Of a DNA stretch of 64,000 bases, positions 12,040-24,545 are shown in pieces. The notes below the pieces were generated by a model. The model did no database searches. It was not told the origin of the DNA and was given only the letters and a program-made list of their open reading frames with translations. The DNA comes from Squalus acanthias (Eukaryota). Location of the stretch: assembly GCA_030390025.1 (NCBI GenBank), contig CM059432.1, positions 83,082,001 to 83,146,000 of the forward strand, written 5' to 3'. The position numbers were made by a program, and so were the translations under genes. Numbering within the stretch: position 1 is the first letter of the stretch; each line of letters begins with the position of its first letter.

Positions 12040-14820
12040 ATTAAAGGCACTTTATCTAAATGCATGAAGCATTCGTAACACGATAGATGAACTCGTGGCA
12101 CAAATAAAAATGGGTTTGATCTAACAGCCATTATAGAGACATGGTTGCAAGGTGGCCAAGGTTAGGAACTAAATGTTCCAGGGTACTTGATGTTTCGAAA
12201 AGACAGGAAGAATGGAAAAGGAGGGGGAGTAGCCCTGATAATAAAGGATGGCATTGGGACAGTAGCGAGAAAGGATCTTGGCTTGGAAGATCAGGAAGTA
12301 GAATCAGTATGGGTGGAGATAAGTAATAACAAGGGGCAGAAAACACTGGTGGAGTAGTATATAGGCCCCCTAACAGTAGCTGTACCGTTGGACAGAATAT
12401 TAAATCAAGAAATAGTAGAAGCTTGCAACAAAGGTAATGCAATAATCTTGGGGGACTTTAATCTTCATATAGACTGGACAAATCAAATTGACAAAGGTAG
12501 TCTGGAGGACAAGTTCATGGAATGCATTCAGGACAGTTTCCTAAAACAAGGTGTTATGGAATCAACCAGGGAACAGGCTATTTTAGATCTTGTACTGTGT
12601 AATGAGACAGGGTTAATTAGCAATCTCATAATAAAAGGATCCTCTGGGGCAGAGTGATCATAATGTGATAGAATTTCACATTAATTTTGACAGTGATTTG
12701 CCCAAGTCCGAAACTACAGTCTTAAACTTAAATAAAGCCAATTACATAGGTATGAGGGATGAGTTGGCTAAGGTAGATTGGAAAAATAGATTAAAAGGTA
12801 TGGCGGTAGATAAGCAGTGGCTAGCATTTAAAGAAATATTTCATAATTCTCAACAAAAATACATTCCATTGAGAAACAAAAATTCCATGGGAAAAGTGAT
12901 CCAACCGTGGCTAACTAAAGAAGTAAAGGATAGCATTAGATTGAAAGAAGAAGCTTATAATGTTGCAAAGAATAATAGTAAGCGTGAGGATTGGGAGAGT
13001 TTCGGAAACCAGCAAAGGTTGACCAAAAAAATTGATAAAAAAGGAAAAAGAGAAAACTTGCAAGAAATATAAAAGCAGATTGTAAGAGCTTCTACAAGTA
13101 TGTAAAAAGGAAGAGTAGCAAAAGTAAACGTTGGTCCCTTAAAGGCTGAGACAGGAGAAATTATTATGGGGAATAAGGAAATGGCAGAAATGTTAAACAA
13201 ATATTTTGCATCGGTTTTCACAGTAGAAGACACAAAAAGCATACCAATAATGGTGGGGAACCAAGGATCTAATGAAGGTGAGGAACTTAACGTAATTAAT
13301 CTAAGTAGAGAAAAAAGTACAAGAGGAATTAATGGGACTAAAAGCCAACAAATCCCGTGGAACTGACAGCCTACATCCTAGGGGTCTAAAAGAGGTGGCT
13401 GAAGAGATAGTGGATGCACTGCTTTTGATCTTCCAAAATTCCCGAGATTCTAAAATGGTCCCAGCGGATTGGAAGGTCGCAAATGTAACACCGCTATTCA
13501 AGAAAGGAGGGAGAGAAAAAACAGGGAACTACAGGCCAGTTAGCCTGACATCAGTCATCAGGAAAATGCTGGAAACCATTGTTAAGGAAGTGGTATCAGG
13601 GCACTTAGAAAATCATAACATGATTAGGCAGAGTCAACATGGTTTTATGAAAGGGAAATCGTGTTTGACAAATTTATTAGAGTTTTTTGAGAATGTAACT
13701 AGCAGGGTAGATAAAGGGGAACCAGTGGATGTGGTATATTTGGATTTCCAAAGGCATTCAATAAGGTGCCACATAAAAAGGTTATTACACAAGATTAGGG
13801 CTCATGGGGTTGGGAGTAATATAGTAGCATGGAGAGGATTGGCTAACGGACAGAAAACAGACAGTAGGGATAAATGGATCTTTTTCAGGTTGGCAGGCTG
13901 CAACTAGTGGGGTGCCGCAAGGATCAGTGTTGGGGCCTCAGCTATTTACAATCTATATTAATGACCTAGATGAAGGGACCGAGTGTAATGTATCCAAGTT
14001 TGCTGATGATACAAAGCTAGGTGGGACAGTAGGCTGTGAGGAGAACACAGAGTCTGCAAAGGGATATAGATAGACTAAGTGAGTGGGCAGTAAGGTGGCA
14101 GATGGAGTATAATGTAGGGAAAAGTGAGGTTATTCACTTTGGTAGGAAGAATAGAAAAACAGAATATTTTTTAAATGGGGAGAAACTTTCAAATGTTGGT
14201 GGTCAGAGCAATTTGGGTGTCCTCATGCAAGGAACACAGAAAGCTAGCATGCAGGTACAGCAAGCAATAAGCAAATGGCATGTTGGCCTTTATTGCAAGG
14301 GGGTTGGAGTATAAGAGTATGGAAGTCTTGCTACAATTGTACAGGGCTCTGGTGAGACCACACCTGGAGTACTGTGCACAGTTTTGGTCTCCTTATCTAA
14401 GGAAGGATATAGAGGCGGTGCAACGAAGGTTCACTAGATTGATTCCTGGGATGAGAGGGCTGTCCTATGATGAGAGATTGTGTAGAATGGGCCTATACTC
14501 TCTGGAGTTTTGAAGAATGAGAGGGGATCTCATTGAAACATACAATATTCTGAAGGGGATTGACAGGGTAGATGCTGAGAGGTTGTTTCCCCTGGCTGGA
14601 GTGTCTAGAACTAGGGGCATAGTCTCAGGATAAGGGGTCAGCCATTTAAGACCGAGATGAGAAGGAATTTCTTCACTCAGAGGGTTGTGAATCTTTGGAA
14701 TTCTCTGCCCCAGAGGATTGTGGATGCTGAGTCTTTGAGTATATTCAAGGCTGAGATAGATAGATTTTTGGACACTAGGGAATCAAGGGATATGGAGATC
14801 AGGTGGGAAAGTGGAGTTGA
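12040..14820 (+). pseudogene. CR1 ORF2 (APE endonuclease + reverse transcriptase), disrupted
   Basis: ORF fragments with LGDFN, NYRPVSLTS, QHGFMKGKSCLTNLL, VYLDFQ, RPHLEYCAQFWSP. The KFADDTKL region is visible at ~13995. Confidence 0.93.
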
Positions 14821-15214
14821 GGTCGAAGATCAGCCATGATCTTATTGAATGGCAGAGCAGGCTCGAGGGGCCATATGGCCTACTTCTGCTCTTATTTCTT
14901 ATATTCTAACCATCTCTAGAATGGTCCAAACTTTTTACCTCCAGTATCAAACCAAAGGCTATTCCAAGTATTAATCACTCTGTGAAGAGCTGGATCCTTA
15001 CATCAGTCCTGAACCACCATGGGGAGAATATGTTCCAACAGTCATGATCATTCAACACATCATCAGCTGAAAAGTACTCCCTGGGAGCAGGATATGGTCA
15101 ACCCATCTGCAATGGCAGATCTCGAGGGGATCAGCAGTAAAGGACAAAATACATAAAGAATCTTTCAGGAACAAAAAAAATGAAGTCACCCAGCTTCCAA
15201 CCAGATCTGTCCCT

Positions 15215-15345
15215 TGTCCTGAAGCAGAAACAAAGGAATTGATGGTTGAGTAGGCGAAACTGTGGCAGATGGATTTCAACACAGGCAAGTGTGAGGTCAT
15301 CCATTTTGGACCAAAAAAAGAATAGCTCCGAGTATTTTTAAATAG
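15215..15345 (+). mobile_element. Short CR1 RT fragment
   Basis: TGGCAGATGGATTTCAACACAGGCAAGTGTGAGGTCATCCATTTTGG (WQMDFN..KCEVIHFG). Confidence 0.7.
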
Positions 15346-15349
15346 AAAG

Positions 15350-15425
15350 AAAGAAAATACTTGCATTTATATAGTGCCTTTCACGACCACCGGACGTCTC
15401 AAAGCACTATACAACCAATGAAGTC
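15350..15425 (-). mobile_element. DeuSINE 3' tail
   Basis: CTTGCATTTATATAGTGCCTTTCACGACCACCGGACGTC is the reverse complement of the SINE tail. Confidence 0.8.
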
Positions 15426-15591
15426 TCAGTGCATTTATTCTGCAATATCCATTTTTTGAATTCTTGTACAAATAGGATTCCGCATCAGACTAGGGCCTAG
15501 AAGGTGACTGCTGAAAATCCGAGGGGAAAATGGAAGCTATGTATGTAGTTAACAAAGCTAAAACCCAAAAGATTGCAAATATCTTGAATGC

Positions 15592-17590
15592 AAGTAGGAA
15601 AAACCTACGTGACCTCATCCTCACCAATCTACCTGTCGCAGATGCATCTGTCCATGAGGGTATTGGTAGAGTGACCACCGCACAGTCCTTGTGGAGACAA
15701 AGTCTAGTCTTCACACTGAACACTCTCCATCGTGTTGTGTGGCACTATCACAATGCTAAATTGGATAGCTTCAGAACAGATCTAGCAGCTCAAAAACTGG
15801 GAATCCATGAGGCGATGTGGGACATCAGCAGCAGCAGAATTATATTCCACCACAATCTGTAACCTCATGATCTGGCATATCACTCATTCTACCATTACCA
15901 TCAAGCCAGGGGACCAACCCTGGGTTCAATGAGTGGAGGAGAGCATGCCAGAAGCAACACCAGGTGTACCTAAAAATGAAGTGCCAACCAGGTGACACTG
16001 GATACAGCAACGGCTATGGGCACCGACAACATCCCGGCTATCGTGCTGAAGACTTGTGCTCCAGAACTAGCCGCGCCTCTAGCCAAGCTGTTCCAGTACA
16101 GCTACAACACTGGCATCTATCCAACAGTGTGGAAAACTGCCCAGGTGTCCTGTCCACAAAAAGCAGGACAAATCCAACCCGGCCAATTACCGCCCCATCA
16201 GTCTACTCTCAATCATCAGCAAAGTGATGGAAGGCGTCATCGACAGTGCTATCAAGCAGCACTTACTCACCAATAACCTGCTCACTGATGCCCAGTTTGG
16301 GTTCCGCCAAGACCACTTAGCTCCCGGCCTCATTACAGCCTTGTTCCAAACATGGACAAAGGAGCTGAATTCCAGAGATGAGGTGAGAGTGACTGCCCTT
16401 GACATCAAGGCAGCATTTGACAGAGTCTGGCATCAAGGATCCCTAGTAAAACTGAAGTCAATGGGAATCAGGGGGAAAACACTCCACTGGCTGGAGTCAT
16501 ACCTAGCACAAAGGCAGATGGTTGTGGTGGTTGAAGGTCAATCATCACAGCCCCAGGACATCGCTGCAGGAGTTCCTCAGGGCAGTGTCCTCGGCCCAAC
16601 CATCTTCAGCTGCTTCATCAATGACCTTCCCTCCAACATAAGGTCAGAAATGGGGATGTTCACTGATGACTGCACAGTGTTCTGATGACTGCACAGTGTT
16701 CAGCGCCATTCGCAACTCCACAGATAATGAAGCAGTCCATGCCCGCATGCAACAAGACCTGGACGACGTTCAGGCTTGGGCTGATAAGCGCCAGGTAACA
16801 TTCATGCCAGACAAGTGCCAGGCAATGACCATCTCCAACAAGAGAGTCTAACCACCACCCCTTGACATTCAACGGCATTACCATCGCCAAAACCCCTACC
16901 ATCAACATCCTGGGGGGTCACCATTAAGCAGAAACATAACTGGACCAGCCACATAAATACTGTGGCAACAAGAGCAGGTCAGAGGCTGGGTATTCTGCGG
17001 AAAGTGACTCACCTCCTCCTGACTCCCCAAAGCCTTTCCACCATCTACGAGGCACAAGGTCAGGAGTGTGATGGAATATTCTCCACTTGCCTGGATGAGT
17101 GCAGCTCCAACAACACTCAAGAAGCTCGACATCATCCAGGACAAAGCAGTCCGTTTGATTGGCACCCCATTGCACCACCTTAAACATTCACTCCCTCCAC
17201 CACTGGCACACCGTGGCTGCAGTGTCTACCATCTGAGATGCACTGCAGCAACTCGCCAAGGCTTCCTCGACAACACCTCCCAAACCCACGACCTCTACCG
17301 GCTAGAAGGACAAGGGCAGGAGGCGCACGGGAACATCACCACCTCCAAATTCCCCTCCAAGTCACGCACCATCATGACTTGGAAATATATTGCCAATTCT
17401 TCATTGTCGCTGGTTCCAAATCCTGGAACTCCCTCCCCAACAGCACTGTGGGAGTACCTTCACCACATGGACTGCAGCGGTTTAAGGCGGCGGCTCCTCA
17501 TCACCTTCGAGGGCAATTAGGGATGGGCAATAAATGCAGGCCTTGCCAGCAACGCCTACATCCCATGAATGAATATTTAAAAAAAAAAAA
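15592..17590 (+). mobile_element. Second CR1-clade LINE family, 5'-truncated with internal deletion
   Basis: ORFs with LDIKAAFDRVWH, GVPQGSVLGP, FTDD, MEYSPLAW. Ends GGGCAATAAATG...CATCCCATGAATGAAT plus poly-A. Confidence 0.9.
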
Positions 17591-19289
17591 TCAGACCATA
17601 CTCCGATGACAGTTGTCTATAAGAAGTTAGGTGTAAAAAGCCCATTAAAAATTGTAGAGTGTGACGACGTGGAATTTGGACGAACAGTTCAACCCTAGCT
17701 GCAAAAGTCCTACAAGACCTACACCAAACAAGTACTGAACACTGAACTATGAACCAGTTTTTACTGCGCTACTTTGCTGCATGATCACCCTCTCCCTCCC
17801 CCCCACCCCTTTCCCTTCGCGAAGGACCATACACTGCAGAGCACAACTTGAACAATTTTCCTGTCCACCATGACACAAATGAAAATGTTATTGTCACAGA
17901 CAAAGCAGCCATTTTTTGGTCTTACCTGACAATCCACGTTTGTGTACTCTTGGGTCTGAATCAGCAGAAGTATATTGGGGGTCAATCCCAGTCACTGCTC
18001 GTTACCTTTATGTTTTGCACCCACCTTGCAACTAAAAAATGGCTGAAGGTGCAAATTACCCAAACACCCTCTTGTAAACAGAGATTGGCTGGGTGTAGAG
18101 ATTACGCACGCCATTATACACATATACTTAATCTGTATACCAGAGACCACACTTTAATAATGCTTGCGATTCTGGTTGCATATTTTAGTTTGTATTATAG
18201 ACATAACCCAATATCTGTTCAGGTATCATGTCGAGTTTATATTTATGCTATTTTTTGCTAGTCAGGGTCGAAGGAACTCAGCCAAGGTACCCTGTTCTGC
18301 TTTAATATTGAGTATGGGTCCAAGAAGTTAAGCTGAGATATTGAGCTTTATTTCCTTTTGTGTGAGGGAACATCTACCAACAGGGACAGCGGAATCCCTT
18401 TTGTAAGAAAAAAAGCTTTTTTTTGTTGCCTAGTATTCCTACTAACTCGCTCGGGTCTCTAAGGTATCTATTGTTCCATGGAATGTATTTGTTTATTCAA
18501 GCCTGCCAACAGCACGAGAGCTCACCAATTTTTCAATTCTCTCGCTACAACTCACGGATTTGCACCTTCAAGTTTACGGCAGATTCAAATTGGTGCACGC
18601 CAAGTTTCTAAATGAGCCCAGAGTACAAAGGAAACATAATTAGAAAAGCCAAGAGGCACTAGAAATCATAATTGTCCTACCTTAAAAAAACACTAAGCCA
18701 CAGGGTTTGGCTCTAGAAAACAGCAAATTACGATGGTTGGAGCAAATGTTAACTGGTAATTTACACAAGGCAGAATTAGGTGATCACGTGTTGCCACCCA
18801 CCATGATGCAAACACTTATGGGCATGCTCAGCACGAGGCATCCCCAGGACTAGTCAACTTCCTACGTTTGTGAAGTGTGCCCGAACAGAAGCTGGAGAAA
18901 TTTTTAAACCTAGAGGTCAAAACCCACTAAAGAGAGGCAAAAAATAAAAGTAGCCATGCAGACATTAATAAGTACAGTTAAGAAAAAGCTACTGACCATT
19001 TAGAGATAAAAGAAATTTCAGGCCAAAGCTACAGATACCCAAACAGTGGAGCAAAAAGAGTTAAGCAAATGAGAAGTCTAATTTTAAAAAAAAATTTTTT
19101 GCAATGAACTGAATTATTATTGGCTTTCTGTAACTATAATTTAGTTACACTCAAAGTTAAAATTCACATGTCAGAATGGTTGATCAAAAGATCTGGGTAT
19201 GTAAAAACACCTTTTAGATTACTTAATTTTGACAGTCATGATAAATACAAAAACTTTTGCAATATTGAAATTCATAAATTCCAACCCTT

Positions 19290-19455
19290 CCCCTCAATGG
19301 TTAAGAGTGAGAAGCTGAGCCATATGGACCGGAAGTTTTCACATTCACAGTCTGTGCCGAGTGAGCTCACCTCAAACTGGAACACGAGAATTAGCAGCAG
19401 TGATTTCAGGATTAAAGCAGGTAAAATCAGACAGGTTCCCACTGTGGATCCCTAG
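19290..19455 (+). mobile_element. Old SINE-like repeat fragment
   Basis: GCTGAGCCATATGGACC...GTCTGTGCCGAGTGAGCT similar to copies at 44.5k and 58.7k. Confidence 0.45.
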
Positions 19456-19456
19456 C

Positions 19457-22400
19457 ACAGAGCAGGATTAAACCAGAGTGTACTTAAACAGGGTGTTTTA
19501 TTTGGGCATTTGGAAAGAGTGGGAATTTGGAGAGGATGGCGAAGGAGTTGCTGCTTTTTGCCTACCCTACTTGTAGTGCTTTGTGTTACAGGTAGATATT
19601 TAATTTCAGTACCCATAACTTAATCTAGATCAAGTAAGCAGTCAAGAAACTACACTGTAAACTAAGTTACCTAATTACAAATTTAATTAGATTTAATTAA
19701 ATAAAACAAGTTCATATAGGGATGGCAGTACAGGTGGTGTGCCGCAACTGCAGCATGTGAGAGTTTGTGGAGAGCATTGTGATCCCGGACAATCACGTTT
19801 GCAATAAGTGCCTGCATCTTGAGGAACTTCAGCTCATTGAGCTGGAGTCGGAGGAGCAGACATTGTGGGGCATCAGGGATGGGGAGAGTTACCTGGACAC
19901 TGTGATCCAGGAGGCAGTCACACCCCCTTAGGTTAGGTAGTGGTACATGTCTGGTTAGTGGTCAGGGACAGGAGGGTATGACTGCAACTCGGGCAGGTAA
20001 GGGGACCCAGGTGCAGTGCTGGAGGAGCCTCAGCCTTTGCCCTTGTCCAACAGGTATGAGGTTCTTGCTGCCTGTATGGATGAGGGGAAAAGCCTGCAGG
20101 ATGGATGAGCAGGCTGACCATGGCGCAGGAGGCCATTCAAGTGGGGAGAGTGAAAGGGAATGTAGTTGTGGTAGGAGACAGTATAGTCAGGGGGATAAAT
20201 ACTGTTTTCTGCAGCCGCGACGAGAGTTCCAAAGGTTCTGCTGCCTGCCCGGTGCCAGGGTTAAAGACATCTCCTCGCGGTTGGAGGAGAACTTGGAGTG
20301 GGAGGGGGAGGATCCAGTTGTCGTGGTCCACGTAGGAACCAACAACATAGGTAGAACTAGGAATGAGGTTCTGCTGAGGGAGTTTGAGGAGCTAGGATCC
20401 AAATTAAAAAGCAGAACCTCAAAAAGGTAATAATCTCTGGATTGTTACCCGAGCCACGCGCAAATTGGCATAGGGACAAACAGATTAGAGGTTTAAATGC
20501 GTGGCTGAAAGAGTGGTGTGGGAGGAAGGGGTTTCAGTTCAGGGGGCACTGGCACCAGTACTGGGGAAAGTGGGAGCTGTTCCGTTGGGATGGACTCCAC
20601 TTCAACCAGGGCTGGGACCAGAGTCCTGGTGAACTGAATAACTAGGGCAGTAGACAGGGCTTTAAACTAATGAAGGGGGTGGGGGGGGGGGGGAAAGCAT
20701 TCAGGGAAGAGTAAATTTAAAAGCAGCGAGAGAAATGTCAAGCTCTAGAGCAGAGTAGAGTTTGGGGTAAAAATAAGCAGAGTGGGTCAGGAAGGGACAG
20801 AGAGTAACAAAGGTAATAAGGCATCAGTGACTAAGGTGACATCAGGGAAAAATAGAAATAAGTCAAAGCTAAAGGCACTATATCTGAATGCGCGAAGCAT
20901 TTGCAACAAAATAGATGAATTAATAGCGCAGATAGAAATTAATAGGTTTGATCTAATAGCCATTACGGAGGCATGGATGCAATGCTGGCCAAGGTTGGGA
21001 ACTAAATATTCCAGGACACTTAACTTTTAGAAAGATAGGCAAAATGGAAAAGGAGGAGGGGTAGCCCTGATAATAAAGGATGGGATAAAGATAGTAGAGA
21101 GAAAGAATCTTAGCTCCGAAAATCAAGTAGTAGAATCAGTTTGGGTGGAGCCAAGAAACAGCAAGAGGCAGAAAACATTGGTGGGAGTTGTTTATAGGCC
21201 CCCAAACAGTAGTTGTAATGTAGGGACAGAGTATAAATCAGGAAATTAGAGGCGCATGTAGCAAGGGTAATACAGTAATCATGGGGGACTTTAATCTACA
21301 TATAGACTGGGCAAACCAAATTTGCAGTAATAGTATGGAGGACGAGTTCATGGAATGTATGCAAGATAGGTTTCTAGATCAGTATGTTGAGGAACTAACT
21401 AGGGAACAAGCTATTTTAGATATAGTATTGTGCAACGAGAAAGAGTTAATTAATAACCTTGTAGTAAAGGAGCCTTTAGGGAAGCATGACCATAATATGA
21501 TAGAATTTTATATTGAGTTTGAAAGTGATTTAGTTAAATCTGAAACTAGGGTCTTAAGTCTAAACAAAGCAAACTACATAGGTATTAGGGGCAAGTTGGC
21601 TAAGGTAGATTGGGAAACTACATTAAAAGGTATAACAGTAGAGAAGCAATGTCTAGCATTTAAAAATTAATACATAATTTACAACAAATATACATTCCTT
21701 AAAGGCACAAAAACCCCACAGGAAAAGTAATCCAACTGTGGCTAACGAGAGGTTTAAAGATAGTATTAGATCAAGCGAAGAGGCTTATAATGTTGCCAAA
21801 AAGAGTAGTAAGCCTGAGAATTGGGAGGATTTTAGAATTCAGCAAAGGAGGACCAAGAAATTGATAAAGAAAGGGACAATAGAATGAGAGTAAACTAGCA
21901 AGAGATATAAAAACAGACTGTAAAAGCTTCTATAGGTATGTAAAAAGGAAAAGATTAGCGAAAGTAAATGAGAGTCCTTTACAGACTGAGACAGGAGAAA
22001 TTATAATGGGGAATAAGGAAATGGAAGAGAAATTAAACAAATACTTTGTGTCTCTTCACGGAAGACGACGCAAAAAACTTCCCGGAAATAGTGGAGACCC
22101 AAGGGTCTATCGAGAATGAGGAACTGAAAGAAATTAGTAAAAAAAAATAGTACTGGAGAAATTAATGGGTCTGAAAGCTGATAAATCCCCTGGACCTGAT
22201 GGCCTACATCCTAGGGTTTTGAAAGAGGTGGCTATAGAGATAGTGGATGCACTGGCTGTCATTTTATAAAAATCCATAGATTCTAGAACCGATCCCATGG
22301 ATTGGAAGATAGCAAATGTAACCCCACTATTTAAGAAAGGCGGGAGAGAGAAAACGGGAACTACAGACCAGTTAGCCTGACATCAGTAGTAGGGAAAATG

Positions 22401-23742
22401 CTAGAATCTATTATTAAGGACGTGGTAACAGGGCACTTGGAAAATAATAGGATTGGGCAGAGTCAACACAGATTTATGAAAGGGAAATAGTGTTCAACAA
22501 ATCTGTTAGAATTTTATGAGCTTGTAACTAGCAGAATAGATATGGGGAAACCAGTGGATGTGGTGTATTTGGATTTTCAGAAGGCATTCGATAAGGTGTC
22601 ACACAAGAGGTTATTGAACAAAATTATGGCTCATGGGATTGGGGGTAATATACTAGCATGGACTGAGGATTGGTTAACGGACAGAAAACAGAGAGTAGGA
22701 ATAAACGGGTCATTTTCGGGTTGGCAGGCTGTAACTAGTAGGGTACCGCAAGGATCAGTGCTTGGGCCTCAGCTATTCACAATCTATATCAATGATTTGG
22801 ATCAGGGGACCAAATGTAATATATCCAAGTTTGCTGATAATACAAAGCTGGGTTGGAATGTAAGTTGTGAGGAGGATGCAAAGAGGCTTCAAGGGGATAT
22901 AGACAGGCTAAGTGAGTGGGCAAGAACATGGCAAATGGAATATAATGTGGAGAAATGTGAAGTTATTCACTGTTAGGAAAAAAGGAAAAATAAAAAAGCA
23001 GAGTATTTTTTAAAATGGTGAGAAATTGGGGAATGTTGTTGTTCAGAGGGACCTTGGGTGTCCTTGTACACGAATCACTGAAAGGTAACATGCAGGTACA
23101 GCAAGCAAATGGTATGTTGGCCTTTATTACAAGAGGATTTGAGTGTAAGAGTAAAGATGTCTTACTGCAATTATATATGAGACCACACCTGGAGTATTGT
23201 GTACAGTTTTGGTCTCCTTACATAAGGAAGGATATACTTGCCATAGAGGGAGTGCAATGAAGGTTCACCAGACTGGTTCCTGGGATGGGGGGGATTGTCC
23301 TATGAGGAGAGATTGAATAGACTAGGCCTATATTTTCTGGGGTTTAGAAGAATGAGAGGTGATCTCATTGAAACATACAAAATTCTTACAGGGCTTGACA
23401 GGGTAGATGCAGGGAGCATGTTTCCCCTGACCGGGGAGTCTAGAACCAGGGGTCACAGTTGCAGAATATGGGGTCGGCCATTTAGGACTGAGATGAGGAG
23501 AAATTTATTCACTCAGATGGTGGTGAATCTTTGGAATTCTCTACCCCAGAGGGCTGTGGAGGCTCAGTTGTTGAATATATTCAAGACAAAGATCGATAGA
23601 TTTTTGGATATTAAGCAAATCAAGGGATATGGGGATAGTGCAGAAAAGTGGAGTTGAGATAGAAGATCAGCCATGATCTTATTGAATGGCAGAGCAGGCT
23701 CGAGGGGCTGAATGGCCTACTCCTGCTCCTATTTCTTATGTT
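19457..23742 (+). mobile_element. Near-full-length CR1 LINE (copy C), frameshifted
   Basis: ORF1 remnants ~19723-20670 (VVGDSIVR, HVGTNN), ORF2 ~20870-23657 (YLNARS, GDFN, YLDFQKAFDKV, PQGSVLGP, FADN), tail CTCCTATTTCTTATGTTCT. Confidence 0.93.
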
Positions 23743-24169
23743 CTTCCTCCCCCTCCCATCAGAGGATATTGTGGGGGTGGGGGAGGGAGAAAGAGAAATG
23801 TGTAAAAATGTTACACTTGCTTCAAAAATTCACCAATCCAAACAAACAAACAATCACTTCCCCACACCCCCCCCCCCCCCACCCCCCACCTTCCCCAAGA
23901 GTAATATTTTGACAATGTAGGGATTGTTGCATTTCACTACAATATTATGTAAGCAGCGGACAGTCACCTAAAGCCATGATCACCTGATTAAGAGTTTCAC
24001 ATAGAGTAGGCATTGCGTTTTAAATTCACGAGCAATCTTAATAGATTACAATGCCATGGATACTGACATATGACTCAAAACTAGGAATGTAGGCAGCTCT
24101 AGTTTAGTTCAGCATTCAGTTTTTAAGTATTTGAATCCATCCCATTTAGAATCTTTTGCTTCGAGGCTT

Positions 24170-24545
24170 CCCCATGGCAGAGTTTCTGAAAGCAAAGGTG
24201 GTAGCCTTTTGGTCCACTCTGCCAGCTCCATTCCCCTGCCCTTTCCCGTTTCATTTTTTTCCCCAATGGATTTGCAAACATCCCTTTTAAAAGTTATTCT
24301 ACATTATGCTTCCACCCCCGTTTCCGATAGAGAATTCACATTTTAACAACCCTCCGAGTAAGAACATTTCTTCCAAAGTCTTCATTCATTTTTTTGGGTG
24401 ATATCTTAAATTTACACCCTCTAATTAGGACTCACTGACCAGCAGAAATAGATTTCCCCTATTTACCTAATCAAAACCCCTCATAATTATGAGCACCTCT
24501 ATCAGACTCCTCTTTTGTTCTAATGAAAAGAGCCAGAGTTTCATT
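24170..24545 (-). mobile_element. Old CR1 3' fragment
   Basis: Degenerate reverse match to CR1 C-terminus and 3' UTR (GAGAATTCACATTTTAACAACCCTC). Confidence 0.6.

Larger units (their letters stand above)
9873..14907 (+). mobile_element. Full-length CR1 LINE (copy B) with tandem-repeat 5' end
   Basis: Array, AT-rich UTR, ORF1 10908-~11870, ORF2 remnants ~12040-14820 (EN and RT motifs), CR1 3' tail TTCTGCTCTTATTTCTTAT. Confidence 0.93.
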
